A DNA stretch of 64,000 nucleotides from an uncultured Candidatus Actinomarina sp. (GTDB lineage: Bacteria; Actinomycetota; Acidimicrobiia; Actinomarinales; Actinomarinaceae), in NCBI GenBank assembly GCA_902580215.1, contig CACHJT010000003.1, positions 24,521-88,520 on the forward strand, in the 5' to 3' direction. Below, piece after piece: positions 1 to 11,173 of the stretch; position 1 is the stretch's first letter, and each line of letters opens with the position of its first letter. The notes under the pieces were generated by a model, which saw only the letters and a list, made by a program, of their open reading frames with translations, was not told the origin of the DNA and ran no database searches. A program made the position numbers and the translations under genes.

Positions 1-2
1 CA

Positions 3-1280
3 GAGTGGATGCTTGATTTTAGATTGAAAGCATATAAAAGGTTTTTAGATAAGCCAATGCCTGAGTGGGTAGCTAAAGAAAAATTAGACTCTTTAGACTT
101 TGACGATATTTATTACTACATCAAGCCAACTGAAGAACAGGCTGACTCTTGGGACATGGTTCCTGATGAGATTAAAGAAACTTATGAAAAACTTGGCATA
201 CCAGAAGCTGAGAGAAGTTATCTTGCCGGCGTTACTGCACAATACGAAAGTGAAGTTGTTTATCACAGAAATAGAGAAGATCTTGAAAAATTAGGAGTTA
301 TTTTTTGTGACATGGACACTGCAGTAAGAGAGTATCCAGAACTTGTACAGGAATATTTTGGAACGGTAATACCTCCAGGTGACAATAAATTTGCTGCACT
401 TAACTCAGCAGTATGGTCGGGAGGATCATTTATCTATGTACCAAAAGGCGTACACATTGAAGATCCTCTTCAAGCCTATTTTAGAATTAATGCTGAAAAT
501 ATGGGTCAGTTTGAAAGAACACTAATAATTGTTGATGAGGGAGCCTCTGTACACTATATAGAAGGATGTTCTGCTCCTGTGTACACTACTGATGCTTTAC
601 ATTCAGCAGTTGTTGAAATTATTGTAAAACCTTCTGGAACATGTAGATATACAACTATTCAAAACTGGTCAAATGATGTATTTAATCTAGTTACTAAACG
701 AGCTCAAGCATTTGCAAATGCAACAATGGAATGGATTGATGCCAACATTGGTTCTTCATTAACTGTTAAATACCCTTCAGTTTATCTAATGGAGCCTGGT
801 GCTCATGGTGAAGTGCTATCTGTTGCGTTTGCTAATTCTGGACAACACCAAGACACTGGAGCAAAGATGGTACATTTAGCTCCAGACACGACTTCACTAA
901 TCACATCAAAATCAATTTCAAAAGGTGGAGGAAGAGGTGCTTACAGAGGTTTGGTAAGAGTAGAAGATGGGTCCGAAACTGCTAAAAGTTTTGTAAGGTG
1001 TGATGCTTTAATATTAGATGATAAATCTAGATCCGATACATATCCTTATATGGAGATTGAAGAATCTACTGCTGAGATTGGTCATGAGGCTACTGTTTCA
1101 AAAGTTGGTGAAGATCAGTTATTTTATTTGATGAGTAGAGGTCTCTCTGAAGCTGAAGCAACATCTATGGTTGTTGCTGGCTTTGTTGAAGAGTTTACTA
1201 AAACCTTGCCTATGGAATATGCAATGGAGTTCAACAAACTTATAGAACTTAATATGATAGAAGCTGGCGCAATAGGTTAA
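3..1280 (+). CDS. sufB: Fe-S cluster assembly protein SufB (5' end lies outside the window)
   Basis: The frame is open from the first full codon of the window (EW precedes the Met at 9). SufB-type sequence runs throughout ([30 protein letters not shown]). It is followed by sufD, Rieske and sufC-like genes. Confidence 0.9.
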   Translation, partial: EWMLDFRLKAYKRFLDKPMPEWVAKEKLDSLDFDDIYYYIKPTEEQADSWDMVPDEIKETYEKLGIPEAERSYLAGVTAQYESEVVYHRNREDLEKLGVIFCDMDTAVREYPELVQEYFGTVIPPGDNKFAALNSAVWSGGSFIYVPKGVHIEDPLQAYFRINAENMGQFERTLIIVDEGASVHYIEGCSAPVYTTDALHSAVVEIIVKPSGTCRYTTIQNWSNDVFNLVTKRAQAFANATMEWIDANIGSSLTVKYPSVYLMEPGAHGEVLSVAFANSGQHQDTGAKMVHLAPDTTSLITSKSISKGGGRGAYRGLVRVEDGSETAKSFVRCDALILDDKSRSDTYPYMEIEESTAEIGHEATVSKVGEDQLFYLMSRGLSEAEATSMVVAGFVEEFTKTLPMEYAMEFNKLIELNMIEAGAIG

Positions 1281-1293
1281 GGTTTCATAAAAA

Positions 1294-2451
1294 TTGAATA
1301 ATAAAGTGTTTTCAAAAAAATTAATTTCAGAGCCTTACGACTCATTGAAAGAAATATCAACAAAAGATGAAGATTGGAAATACACAAACATATCTGAATC
1401 AATAAATAATTTCAAAGTTGAAGAAGAAAATAATGATCTAGTTGAAAACACAGATTTTGACATTGTATTCAATTCAAATGAGTTTATTTGTAAAGACAAT
1501 GAGACTTTTAGTGTTACTTATTTGAATGATGTCTCTGAGCCATTGATTACTGATTATGCTTTAAGACCTGTTGATAGATTTTTGGCGCAACAATATCAAA
1601 AGTGTAATGGTGGAATAATTATTGATTTTAAAGAAAATAATCAAGAATTTGTTGCACTCAATCTACAAAATACAGGTTTGTCAACTCCCTATATTGGAAT
1701 AAATGTTGAAAAGAATGTCACAGCAAAATTATCTATAAAGTTCGGAGATTCTTTAAATGCGGATATTTATTCTATTATTGAAGTTTTAACAAATAGTAAC
1801 TCAAATTTGGAATTGATTATTGATGCTGATACTCCAAAAGAGATAGATATTATAAATTCAATTTTTGCACGAGTTGAAAAAGATGGGTTTTTCAATATAC
1901 ATACTGTAAGTACTGGTGGTTCATTTTCTAGAAATAGGATAGATGTCGACTTAATAGGTGACGGAGCAGGTTTCAATATAGACGGTGTTTATTTTGGAGA
2001 AAAAGCTCAAGTTCACGACAATAGAGTTTTTGTAAATCATATAGCAAAAAGAACTACATCAAATATGTTAACCAAGGGAGTTCTAGGTGATGAAAGTAGA
2101 TCAGTTTTTACAGGAACAATACACATTGCAGAAGGTGCTGAAAAAACTGAATCTCACCAAGAAAATAGAAATATATTACTATCAGAAACTGCAAGCGCTC
2201 AGTCGGTTCCTAATCTGGAAATTTTATGTGATGATGTTATATGTGGCCATGGATCATCTGTTGGACCTATTGAGGAGAATTTATACCATTACGTTATGTC
2301 AAGAGGTATTGATAAAACTTCAGCAGAAAAATTACTAATCAAAGGTTTCTTTAATGAAGTAATCAGTGAAGATGGTTGGGAAACTATCTCTGATAAAGTC
2401 TCTGAGGAAATTATGCAAAAATATTTAAATGTACTGGAAAGATCAAAGTGA
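1294..2451 (+). CDS. sufD: Fe-S cluster assembly protein SufD
   Basis: TTG-start ORF 13 nt after sufB. The C-terminal half is SufB/SufD-like (CGHGSSVGPIEENLYHYVMSRGI parallels Suf[23 protein letters not shown]). The exact start is uncertain. Confidence 0.8.
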   Translation: MNNKVFSKKLISEPYDSLKEISTKDEDWKYTNISESINNFKVEEENNDLVENTDFDIVFNSNEFICKDNETFSVTYLNDVSEPLITDYALRPVDRFLAQQYQKCNGGIIIDFKENNQEFVALNLQNTGLSTPYIGINVEKNVTAKLSIKFGDSLNADIYSIIEVLTNSNSNLELIIDADTPKEIDIINSIFARVEKDGFFNIHTVSTGGSFSRNRIDVDLIGDGAGFNIDGVYFGEKAQVHDNRVFVNHIAKRTTSNMLTKGVLGDESRSVFTGTIHIAEGAEKTESHQENRNILLSETASAQSVPNLEILCDDVICGHGSSVGPIEENLYHYVMSRGIDKTSAEKLLIKGFFNEVISEDGWETISDKVSEEIMQKYLNVLERSK

Positions 2452-2762
2452 GCATGAATACCATTAAGCTTTCAGAATTTGAAAATACATCTGTTGCAAA
2501 AATAGATATAAATGGCACTACTGTAGCAGTGTTTAAAGTAGATGAAGATTATTACGCTATTCAAAATATGTGCTCTCATTCCGAAGCTGATCTTGCAGAT
2601 GGAGAGGTCTATGATTGTAAAGTAGAGTGTCCTCTTCATGGTGCAGAGTTTGATTTGAAGACAGGTGAAGCTTTAACTTTACCAGCTACAAAACCGGTTA
2701 CTGTTTTTACAACTGAGGTAGATGGAGATTCTCTAGTAATTAAGGAAAATTTAGATGCTTAA
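2448..2762 (+). CDS. Rieske-type [2Fe-2S] ferredoxin of the suf operon
   Basis: 104 aa, overlapping the sufD stop by 4 nt. Both Rieske ligand boxes are present (CSHSEA = C-x-H, CPLHGA = C-x-x-H). As I recall, a Rieske gene between sufD and sufC is a known arrangement in actinobacterial suf operons. Confidence 0.85.
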   Translation: MSMNTIKLSEFENTSVAKIDINGTTVAVFKVDEDYYAIQNMCSHSEADLADGEVYDCKVECPLHGAEFDLKTGEALTLPATKPVTVFTTEVDGDSLVIKENLDA

Positions 2763-3453
2763 GATTAGTAATTTATTTGCAAACATTGGTGATGTAAAAA
2801 TTTTGAATGGAGTGGATTTAGAAATTGGCAAAGGTGAGCTCCACGCGGTTATGGGGCCTAATGGCTCTGGTAAGTCCACATTGTGCCATGTTTTAATGGG
2901 TAATCCAGATTTTGAAGCCGATGGTGAAGTAACACTTAACGAAAGTGAAATATTAGGAAAACCTCAGTTTGAAAGAGCAGAGGATGGAATATTTCAATCT
3001 TATCAATATCCCGTTGGCCTGCCCGGAGTATCTTTAATGGAGTTTGTTATGGCTTCAACAGAGGGATTGAACGAAGATGAAATAATTTCTGTTGCTAAGA
3101 AATTTAATGTTGAAGAGTTTTTAGATAGGGAAGTCAATGTTGATTTATCAGGTGGAGAAAAAAAACGTTCTGAACTCTTCCAGCTTGCATTAAAAAAACC
3201 AAAACTAGCATTGTTAGATGAAATTGATTCTGGTTTAGATATCGATGCTATCAAGACAGTAGCTAATTTAATTAATGAAAATAGAGATGATGAAACCTCT
3301 TATCTATTAGTCACACATTACTCAAGAATTTTAAGATATCTAGATGTTGATAGAGTTCATATTGTAGTAAAAGGGAATGTCGTGAAATCAGGATCTAAAG
3401 AACTTATTGAAGAAGTCGATTCTGGTGGATACACTCAATATCAGGAACAGTAA
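2755..3453 (+). CDS. sufC: SufC-like ABC ATPase (copy 1, the more divergent copy)
   Basis: Walker A GPNGSGKST, signature LSGGEKKR, Walker B LALLDEIDSGLD, H-loop LVTHY, and SufC-type FQSYQYP block. It overlaps the Rieske gene by 8 nt. It is shorter and more divergent than the copy at 20392..21117. Confidence 0.8.
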   Translation: MLKISNLFANIGDVKILNGVDLEIGKGELHAVMGPNGSGKSTLCHVLMGNPDFEADGEVTLNESEILGKPQFERAEDGIFQSYQYPVGLPGVSLMEFVMASTEGLNEDEIISVAKKFNVEEFLDREVNVDLSGGEKKRSELFQLALKKPKLALLDEIDSGLDIDAIKTVANLINENRDDETSYLLVTHYSRILRYLDVDRVHIVVKGNVVKSGSKELIEEVDSGGYTQYQEQ

Positions 3454-4821
3454 ATGACAGAACAATTTAGAACTGAAAAAGACTCAATGGGAGAGTTTCA
3501 AGTTCCAATAAATGCTAAATATGGAGCCTCTACAGCAAGAGCAGTAGAAAATTTCCCAATATCAAACCTTAGATTTTCCAGATCATTTATTAAAGCATTA
3601 GGTGAGATTAAAAAAGCTTGTGCAAAAGTAAATCAGAATAATAAATTATTAGATAAGAATTTTGCAGATTCTATTATTGATGCAGCACAACAGGTAATTG
3701 ATGGTGATCATGACAAAGATTTTGTTGTGGATATATTTCAAACTGGATCAGGCACCTCAACAAATATGAATGCTAATGAAATAATTTCAAAAATTGCTTC
3801 AGAAAGTTCAAGTGAAAATATTCATCCAAATGACCACGTAAACATGAGTCAGTCATCAAATGATGTAATTCCAACAGCTACTAATGTCGCAGCTGTAACA
3901 GAAATCGTTCAAAATTTGATTCCAGCAGTTGAAAGTTTAATTAAATCGCTCGAAGATAAAGCTAAAAAATGGGAAAAAGTATACAAAAATGGTCGCACTC
4001 ATTTAATGGATGCAACGCCTGTTTCCCTTGGACAAGAATTTAGCGGATATTCAGCACTTTTATCAGAGAGACTAGAAGATATTAAATCATCACTAATAAA
4101 TGCCAGTAAATTGGCTATTGGTGGTACAGCAGTTGGTACAGGAATCAATGCACCAGATAATTTTGGTAAAGATGTTGCAAAAGAGATTTCAAAATCATTA
4201 GGTATTAATTTTGTTGAAGTAGAAAACCATTTTACTCGCCAGGGATCTAGAGAAGAAGTTGTTCATTTGTCAGGTTGCTTAAAAGCATTTGCTGTATCTA
4301 TGTTTAAAATTGCAAATGATATTAGGTGGATGGGTAGTGGACCTGTCTCTGGACTCAATGAGCTAATTATTCCTGCATTGCAGCCTGGCTCTTCAATCAT
4401 GCCTGGAAAAGTTAATCCTGTAATACCTGAAATGGTTATGCAAGTTTCTGCACAAGTAATAGGAAATGACAACACAATTACCTTTTCTTCATCAAATGGG
4501 AACTTTGAATTGAATACAATGTTACCTGTCATGGCACACAATCTACTTGAAAGTATTGAGCTTTTGACTACTAGTACCGATGTATTTGAAAAAAAATTAA
4601 TTAATGATTTAGAAGCAAATACAGAAAAGCTTGATGAAAATATTCAAAAAAATTCAATTTTAGTCACTGCTCTTGTGCCTGTAATTGGTTATGACAAATC
4701 TGCTGAAGTTGCTAAAGAAGCAATGTCACAAAACAAAACTATTAAAGAAGTTTTACTTGAGAAAAACTTGATCTCAAGTGAAGAAATTGATGAGCTTTTA
4801 AATATAGAAAAATTAATTTAA
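3454..4821 (+). CDS. fumC: Class II fumarate hydratase
   Basis: Superfamily signature GSSIMPGKVNP, plus fumarase-type blocks RTEKDSMGE, FQTGSGTSTNMN, HPNDHVNMSQSSND, GRTHLMDATPVSLGQEFSGY, GNFELN and GYDKSAEVAKEA. Confidence 0.8.
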   Translation: MTEQFRTEKDSMGEFQVPINAKYGASTARAVENFPISNLRFSRSFIKALGEIKKACAKVNQNNKLLDKNFADSIIDAAQQVIDGDHDKDFVVDIFQTGSGTSTNMNANEIISKIASESSSENIHPNDHVNMSQSSNDVIPTATNVAAVTEIVQNLIPAVESLIKSLEDKAKKWEKVYKNGRTHLMDATPVSLGQEFSGYSALLSERLEDIKSSLINASKLAIGGTAVGTGINAPDNFGKDVAKEISKSLGINFVEVENHFTRQGSREEVVHLSGCLKAFAVSMFKIANDIRWMGSGPVSGLNELIIPALQPGSSIMPGKVNPVIPEMVMQVSAQVIGNDNTITFSSSNGNFELNTMLPVMAHNLLESIELLTTSTDVFEKKLINDLEANTEKLDENIQKNSILVTALVPVIGYDKSAEVAKEAMSQNKTIKEVLLEKNLISSEEIDELLNIEKLI

Positions 4822-5255
4822 TGATTCAAAATTTAGCAATTGCATCTGACCATGCTGGATACAAATTAAAAAATTATATTGTTAACAACCTTAAAAGAGA
4901 AATTAACATAAAAGATTTTGGAACTAATAATGAAGAGAGTTGCGACTTTCCAGACTTTGCAAAAGAAGCTTGTGATTTTGTACTCAATAATGAATCCTCT
5001 AGAGGATTATTGATTTGTGGAAGTGGTGTAGGTATGTCAATTGCTGCTAATAAAATCAAAGGAATAAGAGCTTCAAATGTAGTTGATAAAGATACTGCAG
5101 TACAAAGTGTTGAACACAATGATGTAAATGTTCTATGTTTTGGTGCAAATAATATAAATGAGGAAAATGTTATAAATATTGTTGAAAGTTTTTTAGACGC
5201 TACGTTAATTAAAGAAGAGAGATATCTAAGGAGAATTAGTAAATTAGAAGATTAG
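4821..5255 (+). CDS. rpiB: Ribose-5-phosphate isomerase B
   Basis: 144 aa with a 1-nt TAATG overlap with fumC. RpiB/LacAB family blocks IASDHAGYKLK and LICGSGVGMSIAANK. Confidence 0.85.
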   Translation: MIQNLAIASDHAGYKLKNYIVNNLKREINIKDFGTNNEESCDFPDFAKEACDFVLNNESSRGLLICGSGVGMSIAANKIKGIRASNVVDKDTAVQSVEHNDVNVLCFGANNINEENVINIVESFLDATLIKEERYLRRISKLED

Positions 5256-5608
5256 ATTGACATTTGCCAAATTGCCTTAATCCAATCATCTGTAATCTCA
5301 TTCCTTGCAAAAACCACAATACCAATTGCACCCTCTTGATAAACCTCTCTCATTGATGTACCAGTTGTATATACATCGTCACAAATTAACAACGGATCAG
5401 TTTCGTCATTAGATGCGTACTGTTTAAGGGCATTTTCAAAAGGAATACCTCCACGAGGTATACCAACAACATCTTTAAATTTAATTTTTTCGCTTACAAT
5501 TTTTGCTAGCGCTTCGTAATCACCCTCACTTAACGCATCACATTCGACCTTCCAAGTCAATGGCAATCCTGCGTGTGAAATAAAATCTTCTCTAATAAAT
5601 AAATTCAT
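5252..5608 (-). CDS. Miniature type I phosphoribosyltransferase-like protein (candidate short OPRTase)
   Basis: PRPP loop LLICDDVYTTGTS and GIPRGGIP. I set the start at ATG 5608 (MNLFIRE) because it forms an ATGA overlap with the stop of the upstream gene. It is about 118 aa and is the last gene of the pyr operon, where pyrE sits in Gram-positive operons. Confidence 0.55.
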   Translation of the reverse strand: MNLFIREDFISHAGLPLTWKVECDALSEGDYEALAKIVSEKIKFKDVVGIPRGGIPFENALKQYASNDETDPLLICDDVYTTGTSMREVYQEGAIGIVVFARNEITDDWIKAIWQMSI

Positions 5609-6282
5609 AATAACCTTCCTAATTTTACTGGATTGAAACATACAGTTCCAAGACTTATGTGATCTGCGCCTAACTCAATATAATGCTCAATATCTTTTTT
5701 TTCAGATATTCCTCCACCAGCAATAATCTCAATATGTGGATAGTACTGCTTTATATGCTCAATAAATTTAGAAGTATATGGGATAAGTTCTTTTCCGCTT
5801 AAACCACCTTTTTCAATGGGCAAAGTATTACAAGCATGGATTTGTTTAAAATTAAATTCATTTATATATTTTTCTAACTCATCAAAAGTTGTTAATGGAG
5901 AAATCTTTCCAATATACCACTGGCGAGACTCATAACTGAAGTTTTCAATTCCTGAAGTAAAGTGGCTTTCAATATTTGGGCATGACATATTTACTTCTAG
6001 ATTTGTATCACTAGGAATCAATTCAGCAAAAATTTTCCAATCATCTTCCTCAATTCCAGCTATTGAAAATACCTCATTTTTTTTATGATTTTTTATACCA
6101 TGTTCAAATCCCGGATTTCTTAAGCCTATTTTGTTAACCCACCCTCTTTTGGTGTATCTCAGTGTTTTTACAATTTGCTTTATACGACCTTTACGTTTTT
6201 CTATAGTCCAGCTTCCAGTAACGGAGATTGTATTTGATGTTTTAATATAATTTCCAAATGGTGCTGCAATAAATGTTTTCAT
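5605..6282 (-). CDS. pyrD: Compact class-1-like dihydroorotate dehydrogenase homologue
   Basis: DHODH landmarks NKIGLRNPG, LEVNMSCPN (Cys base), GGLSGKELIP and IIAGGGI...ISLGT. It is only 225 aa against roughly 300 in usual enzymes. It overlaps the pyrF stop by 4 nt. Confidence 0.55.
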   Translation of the reverse strand: MKTFIAAPFGNYIKTSNTISVTGSWTIEKRKGRIKQIVKTLRYTKRGWVNKIGLRNPGFEHGIKNHKKNEVFSIAGIEEDDWKIFAELIPSDTNLEVNMSCPNIESHFTSGIENFSYESRQWYIGKISPLTTFDELEKYINEFNFKQIHACNTLPIEKGGLSGKELIPYTSKFIEHIKQYYPHIEIIAGGGISEKKDIEHYIELGADHISLGTVCFNPVKLGRLL

Positions 6283-6917
6283 AACTCTAAATCATTGATA
6301 ATGTAGTCAAGATTATTTCTTATAGACCTTCCCATAACTATATATTTTGCACCTTCATTGATTGCAAAATTAGGTGTTGCAACATTTTTTTGGTCATTTT
6401 TGTCATCATTTTTAAGACGTATTCCAGGAGTTACAATTAAATCAAATATCTCTTTTGTTTTAGATATTTCTGAAGCTGGACAAATTACTCCGTCAACACC
6501 ACATTCCTTTGCTTCTTTAAACTCTTTGTTCACTTCTTCACTTACTGAGTTACTCATAGCCCTACTGGTTAATGCACTACTTACACCAAGAATTTGTAGA
6601 GTGTTACCTTTAGTGTTTGATGCTTCAATCAAGGCATCGCAAGTAGAAGCAATATGAATTGTTAAAAAATCTGCTCCAAGGTTTGCTGCACTTCTTGTAG
6701 CTTCCTTAATAGTATTTGGTATATCATGAAGTTTTAGGTCTAAAAAAACCTGCCATCCTTGTTTTTTTAACTTTTCTACAACAGATGGCCCTTCAGAAAC
6801 AAAGAGTTCAAGACCTACTTTTACTCCGTATATATGATCTTTTAATATCTTTAGTTCAAATTCAAATTCAGATAATGATTTTCCATCTAATGCAAAGAAT
6901 ATTGGTTTAACTGACAT
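6279..6917 (-). CDS. pyrF: Orotidine-5'-phosphate decarboxylase
   Basis: Motifs FFALDG and [12 protein letters not shown], plus IVTPGIR. I placed the start at ATG 6917 ([11 protein letters not shown]); the track start at 6941 is a TTG. Confidence 0.85.
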   Translation of the reverse strand: MSVKPIFFALDGKSLSEFEFELKILKDHIYGVKVGLELFVSEGPSVVEKLKKQGWQVFLDLKLHDIPNTIKEATRSAANLGADFLTIHIASTCDALIEASNTKGNTLQILGVSSALTSRAMSNSVSEEVNKEFKEAKECGVDGVICPASEISKTKEIFDLIVTPGIRLKNDDKNDQKNVATPNFAINEGAKYIVMGRSIRNNLDYIINDLEL

Positions 6918-9900
6918 TTTGTATTGCCTCCATGTCCTCAAAAGATTTTGTAGTTTCTAAAAATGCCTTTAGAAAAGCTTCAGCTTCTCTGACAGATGAA
7001 ACTACTGCAACTCCAGTCTCATGTGAGAGTCGCCTAATTTTCCATCCATCTGTATATTCATTTGCAAATGTTGGTGTATTGATAACAAGTGAAATTAGTT
7101 TATCTTGAAGAATAGTCAAAGAAGTTGGAAAGGTCTCATCAGCCCTTCCAACAATAGTTGAGTTAATTTTGTTATTTTTTAAGTATTCTCCTGTTCCGTA
7201 TGTTGAATAAATTTTGAATCCTAAGTCGGAATAAGTTTTTACAATTTTTATAAAATTAGGTTTTTCTTGATCGCTAAGAGACACAAAAATTCCTTTTTCA
7301 TTTTCATTTATTTCAACTCCTGCAGCTGCATAAGCTTTATTTAAAGCAACTCCAAAACTTCTTCCAATTCCCAATACTTCTCCTGTTGCTTTCATTTCAG
7401 GGCCAAGCATTGTATCTTCAGCTGGAAATCTTGACCAAGGAAAAATAGCTTTTTTAATAGCTACTTTATTTGTTGAACTATTCAAATAATTGGTAGTTTT
7501 TTTGATTGAATCCAAACTATGTCCAAGCATTAAAAGGGTGCCAGCTTTGATTATTTGGTTTCCAGTTACTTTTGACACAAAAGGCATAGTTCTTGAAGCT
7601 CTTGGATTTGCCTCAAGAATAAATAATGTATCATCTTTAATAGCAAATTGAATATTTAATAACCCTTTTACACCAAGGGCTTTTGCAAGGGTCGTACTCT
7701 TGTCTTCAATTTCCTTTATCATGCTTTCCGTAATACTAAATGGTGGAAGAACAGCAGTAGAATCTCCACTATGAACTCCTGCAGGTTCCAAATGCTCTAA
7801 AATTCCTGCAATAAAGACATCTTTTCCATCTGAAATTAAATCAACATCTATTTCGATGGTTTCGGTTAGAAACTGGTCAATAAGTAGTGGCCCAGAACTA
7901 AAAGGATTTCCATCATCATCTGCAGTTGCCAATATTGATAAATAGTTTTTTAACTCATCATCATTTTTAACAACACGCATAGCTCTACCTCCCAAAACAT
8001 AGCTTGGTCTTAATAGCACAGGATAAGTAATTTCTTTTACTGCACTGATTAACTCATCCTCATTGAATGATATTTTTGATTTTGGTTGATCAATATTTAA
8101 AGATAAACAAAGCTTTTGAAATAAATCTCTATCCTCAGTTGCATCTATGACATCTAGAGACGATCCTGCAATTTTATAACCCGCTGAAGAGATTTTATCC
8201 GCAAGCTTTAGGGGAGTTTGTCCTCCAAGTTGAATTATTACTGAATCTGGTTTTTCTCTTGCTAACACTGCTTTAACTTCATTCCAAGAAAGTGGTTCAA
8301 AATACAATTTGTCGGCAGTGTCATAATCTGTAGAAACAGTTTCCGGGTTTGAATTAATCATAATAGCTTCATAATTATTTTCTTTTAACGACTCAACTCC
8401 ATGAACACAGCAATAATCAAACTCTATTCCCTGTCCAATTCTGTTTGGTCCCGAACCTATGACTACGACTTTTTTATTCTTTGATGCGCTGTCATCGTCT
8501 GACGTCCCAAAAGTGGAGTATAAATATGGAGTTTTTGATAAAAATTCTGCAGAACAAGTGTCTACAAGTTTATAAGCTCTCTTATTTTCAAGGTCATCCT
8601 TTATTTCTTTAGAATCTACATCTTCATCAGTCCAACCAAGCATTTTTAAAATTGATACAGGAGTTGACTCTGGGTTTACATTAAAACTTTTTTCAATCTC
8701 TCTTAAAAACCACAAATCTACTTTTGACAATGAAGCTATATCTTCGATTGGCCAGTTTCTTCTAATAGCTTCTAGAATCGCAAAAATTCTTCTAGGTCTT
8801 GGTGTTTTAATTTCTTCTTGAAGTTGGTTTTTTGGCAGGTTTATAAATCGGTTATCAATATTTCTTATTCCCGTTTTACCTATTTCAAGTGATCTGATTG
8901 CTTTAGTTAAGCTTTCTGTGAAAGTTGAAGCTATTGACATAACCTCACCAACACTTTGCATAGACGTTCCTAAAACGTCATCTGTTGAGGGGAATTTTGG
9001 AAAATCAAATCTTGGAATCTTAACCACAACATAGTCCTGAACTGGTTCAAAACTTGCTGGTGTTGTACCAGTAATATCATTTTTTAATTCTGTAAGGTTG
9101 TAACCCACAGCTAATAATGCTGCAAATTTTGCAATAGGAAACCCAGTTGCTTTAGATGCCAATGCTGAAGATCTCGAGACTCGAGGATTCATTTCTATAA
9201 TTCTTCTATCACCATTTTCTGGATTAACTGCAAATTGAACATTGCTGCCACCAGTTGCAATCCCAATTGTGTCTAAACAAAGTAGAGCTTCGTCTCTCAT
9301 AATTTGATATTCTTTATCAGACAAGGTTTGAATTGGGGCAACTGTAATGGAATCTCCAGTATGAACGCCCATTGGATCAAAATTTTCAATTCCACAGACG
9401 ATAACACCGTTTCCATCACTGTCTCTCATTACCTCAAGTTCATACTCTTTCCATCCATAAACAGATTCTTCTATTAGAACTTCTTGCGTTGGAGATGCTT
9501 TAAATGCATCTTTTAATTTTTTTTCTAAGTCTTCTTTGCTTTCAACAAGACTTGTGCCACCTCCACCTAAAATAAATGAAGGCCTAAGCATTAATGGAAA
9601 TCCTATATCTTCACTTGCAGCGACACCCTCTTCGATAGATTTAACATACTCAGCTTGTAATGTTTTGATTCCTACACTTTCCATAGCGCTTTTAAATAGC
9701 CACCTATTTTCTGCAATCTCTATAGATTTTGCTGAAGCACCCAAAAGTAAAATTTCATTTTTGTCGAATACATTGTCATTTTCTAATTCCATTGATAAAT
9801 TAAGTGCTGTTTGTCCACCTAATGTAGGTAAGACAGCATCAGGTTGTTCAATCTCAATTATCTTTTTCAAATAATTTACAGTTAGTGGTTCAATATATGT

Positions 9901-10089
9901 AGCGTCTGCCATTTCAGGATCAGTCATAATTGTTGCTGGGTTTGAATTAACAAGAATAACTCTATAACCTTCTTGTTTAAGAGCTTTTGCAGCCTGTGAT
10001 CCTGAATAATCAAATTCACATGCTTGCCCAATTACAATTGGTCCTGACCCAATTATTAAAATGCTATTTATATCTTTATTTTTTGGCAT
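6907..10089 (-). CDS. carB: Carbamoyl-phosphate synthase large subunit
   Basis: 1060 aa with duplicated ATP-grasp halves ([17 protein letters not shown] and [16 protein letters not shown]). It overlaps carA by 14 nt. Confidence 0.95.
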   Translation of the reverse strand: MPKNKDINSILIIGSGPIVIGQACEFDYSGSQAAKALKQEGYRVILVNSNPATIMTDPEMADATYIEPLTVNYLKKIIEIEQPDAVLPTLGGQTALNLSMELENDNVFDKNEILLLGASAKSIEIAENRWLFKSAMESVGIKTLQAEYVKSIEEGVAASEDIGFPLMLRPSFILGGGGTSLVESKEDLEKKLKDAFKASPTQEVLIEESVYGWKEYELEVMRDSDGNGVIVCGIENFDPMGVHTGDSITVAPIQTLSDKEYQIMRDEALLCLDTIGIATGGSNVQFAVNPENGDRRIIEMNPRVSRSSALASKATGFPIAKFAALLAVGYNLTELKNDITGTTPASFEPVQDYVVVKIPRFDFPKFPSTDDVLGTSMQSVGEVMSIASTFTESLTKAIRSLEIGKTGIRNIDNRFINLPKNQLQEEIKTPRPRRIFAILEAIRRNWPIEDIASLSKVDLWFLREIEKSFNVNPESTPVSILKMLGWTDEDVDSKEIKDDLENKRAYKLVDTCSAEFLSKTPYLYSTFGTSDDDSASKNKKVVVIGSGPNRIGQGIEFDYCCVHGVESLKENNYEAIMINSNPETVSTDYDTADKLYFEPLSWNEVKAVLAREKPDSVIIQLGGQTPLKLADKISSAGYKIAGSSLDVIDATEDRDLFQKLCLSLNIDQPKSKISFNEDELISAVKEITYPVLLRPSYVLGGRAMRVVKNDDELKNYLSILATADDDGNPFSSGPLLIDQFLTETIEIDVDLISDGKDVFIAGILEHLEPAGVHSGDSTAVLPPFSITESMIKEIEDKSTTLAKALGVKGLLNIQFAIKDDTLFILEANPRASRTMPFVSKVTGNQIIKAGTLLMLGHSLDSIKKTTNYLNSSTNKVAIKKAIFPWSRFPAEDTMLGPEMKATGEVLGIGRSFGVALNKAYAAAGVEINENEKGIFVSLSDQEKPNFIKIVKTYSDLGFKIYSTYGTGEYLKNNKINSTIVGRADETFPTSLTILQDKLISLVINTPTFANEYTDGWKIRRLSHETGVAVVSSVREAEAFLKAFLETTKSFEDMEAIQNVS

Positions 10090-11173
10090 AATTACTTTCC
10101 ATAAGTTTCACAAAGGGGTCAAAAATTTGCAGTCCATCAGATGTGCCTGGACCAGATTCTGGATGAAATTGCACTGAATAAGCCATTGACTCCCAGATAC
10201 TAATACCTTCATTACTTCCATCATTTAAATTACTTGCGTAACTTTCAATTCTTCCAAATTTTTCATGCACAAGATCAGCTTCAAAATCATCTACAGCAAA
10301 TCCATGATTCTGAGCAGTAATCAATGCTTTCTTGATTCCTTTAATTTCTACTGGGTGATTAGAGCCATGATGTCCAAATTCTAGTTTTTTAACATTCAGA
10401 CCACACGCAAGGCTTAAAATTTGATGACCTAAACAGATTCCAAATATAGGAATATTACCAATCAGTTTTTGAACAGTATCAATTACACCTTCAAGAGATC
10501 TTGGATCTCCAGGGCCATTAGATATTAAAATACCTCTTAGATTCATTGAAAGTATATTTTCTGCTGATTCTTTTGGAGAAATTGCTACAGTTTGAAAATT
10601 TAACTTTTTTAATACATTTACAATACTTTGTTTAGCTCCAAGATCTAAAATTCCAACTTTACCAACTGTATCATCACCCAAATTCAAACTACCAGCGGTT
10701 AGTGCTGAATTATCACCAATTATGTCCTTAGCATTCATAACTAAATTAATAAGTGAGTCTTTATCAATCTCTTGCCCTATTGCAAACATACTGGACCCAC
10801 AGTCTCTAAGATGTTTTGTTATTGACCTGACATCAAAACCACCACTAAAGGGTATTTCATATTCTTTTAACCAGGAAGTTACAGATTTTTCTGATCTCCA
10901 AGATGATGGATCATATGTAAATGAATTACCTATAGCAGCTTCAATTTTTGGCTCATTAGACTCATAATCATCTTGTGACATTCCATAATTTCCAACATGA
11001 GAAGAAGTAAATGTAATTATTTGATTTATATAGGAGGGGTCACTGAGTATCTCAACAAAACCTGTCATTGCTGTGTTAAATATTAGTTCACCAGTTGTAG
11101 GGTTAAATTCGTTATCGGACCATCCTATAAACTCATCTCCATTTTGATTGACAAGCAGTGTTTTTTTATACAT
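10076..11173 (-). CDS. carA: Carbamoyl-phosphate synthase small (glutaminase) subunit
   Basis: Class I amidotransferase active-site region GICLGHQIL, with a later HGSNHPV and the C-terminal VQFHPES. It lies between pyrC and carB. Confidence 0.92.
   Translation of the reverse strand: MYKKTLLVNQNGDEFIGWSDNEFNPTTGELIFNTAMTGFVEILSDPSYINQIITFTSSHVGNYGMSQDDYESNEPKIEAAIGNSFTYDPSSWRSEKSVTSWLKEYEIPFSGGFDVRSITKHLRDCGSSMFAIGQEIDKDSLINLVMNAKDIIGDNSALTAGSLNLGDDTVGKVGILDLGAKQSIVNVLKKLNFQTVAISPKESAENILSMNLRGILISNGPGDPRSLEGVIDTVQKLIGNIPIFGICLGHQILSLACGLNVKKLEFGHHGSNHPVEIKGIKKALITAQNHGFAVDDFEADLVHEKFGRIESYASNLNDGSNEGISIWESMAYSVQFHPESGPGTSDGLQIFDPFVKLMESNYAKK

Noticed and set aside
3454-4821. An aspartate ammonia-lyase call instead of fumarase, because the signature reads KVNPVIPE as in AspA rather than KVNPTQCE as in E. 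coli FumC.
   Set aside because: Most other diagnostic blocks are fumarase-type (QTGSGT, SQSSND, GRTHLMDATP, GNFELN, GYDKSAE). As I recall, actinobacterial fumarases also carry the NPV.PE variant.
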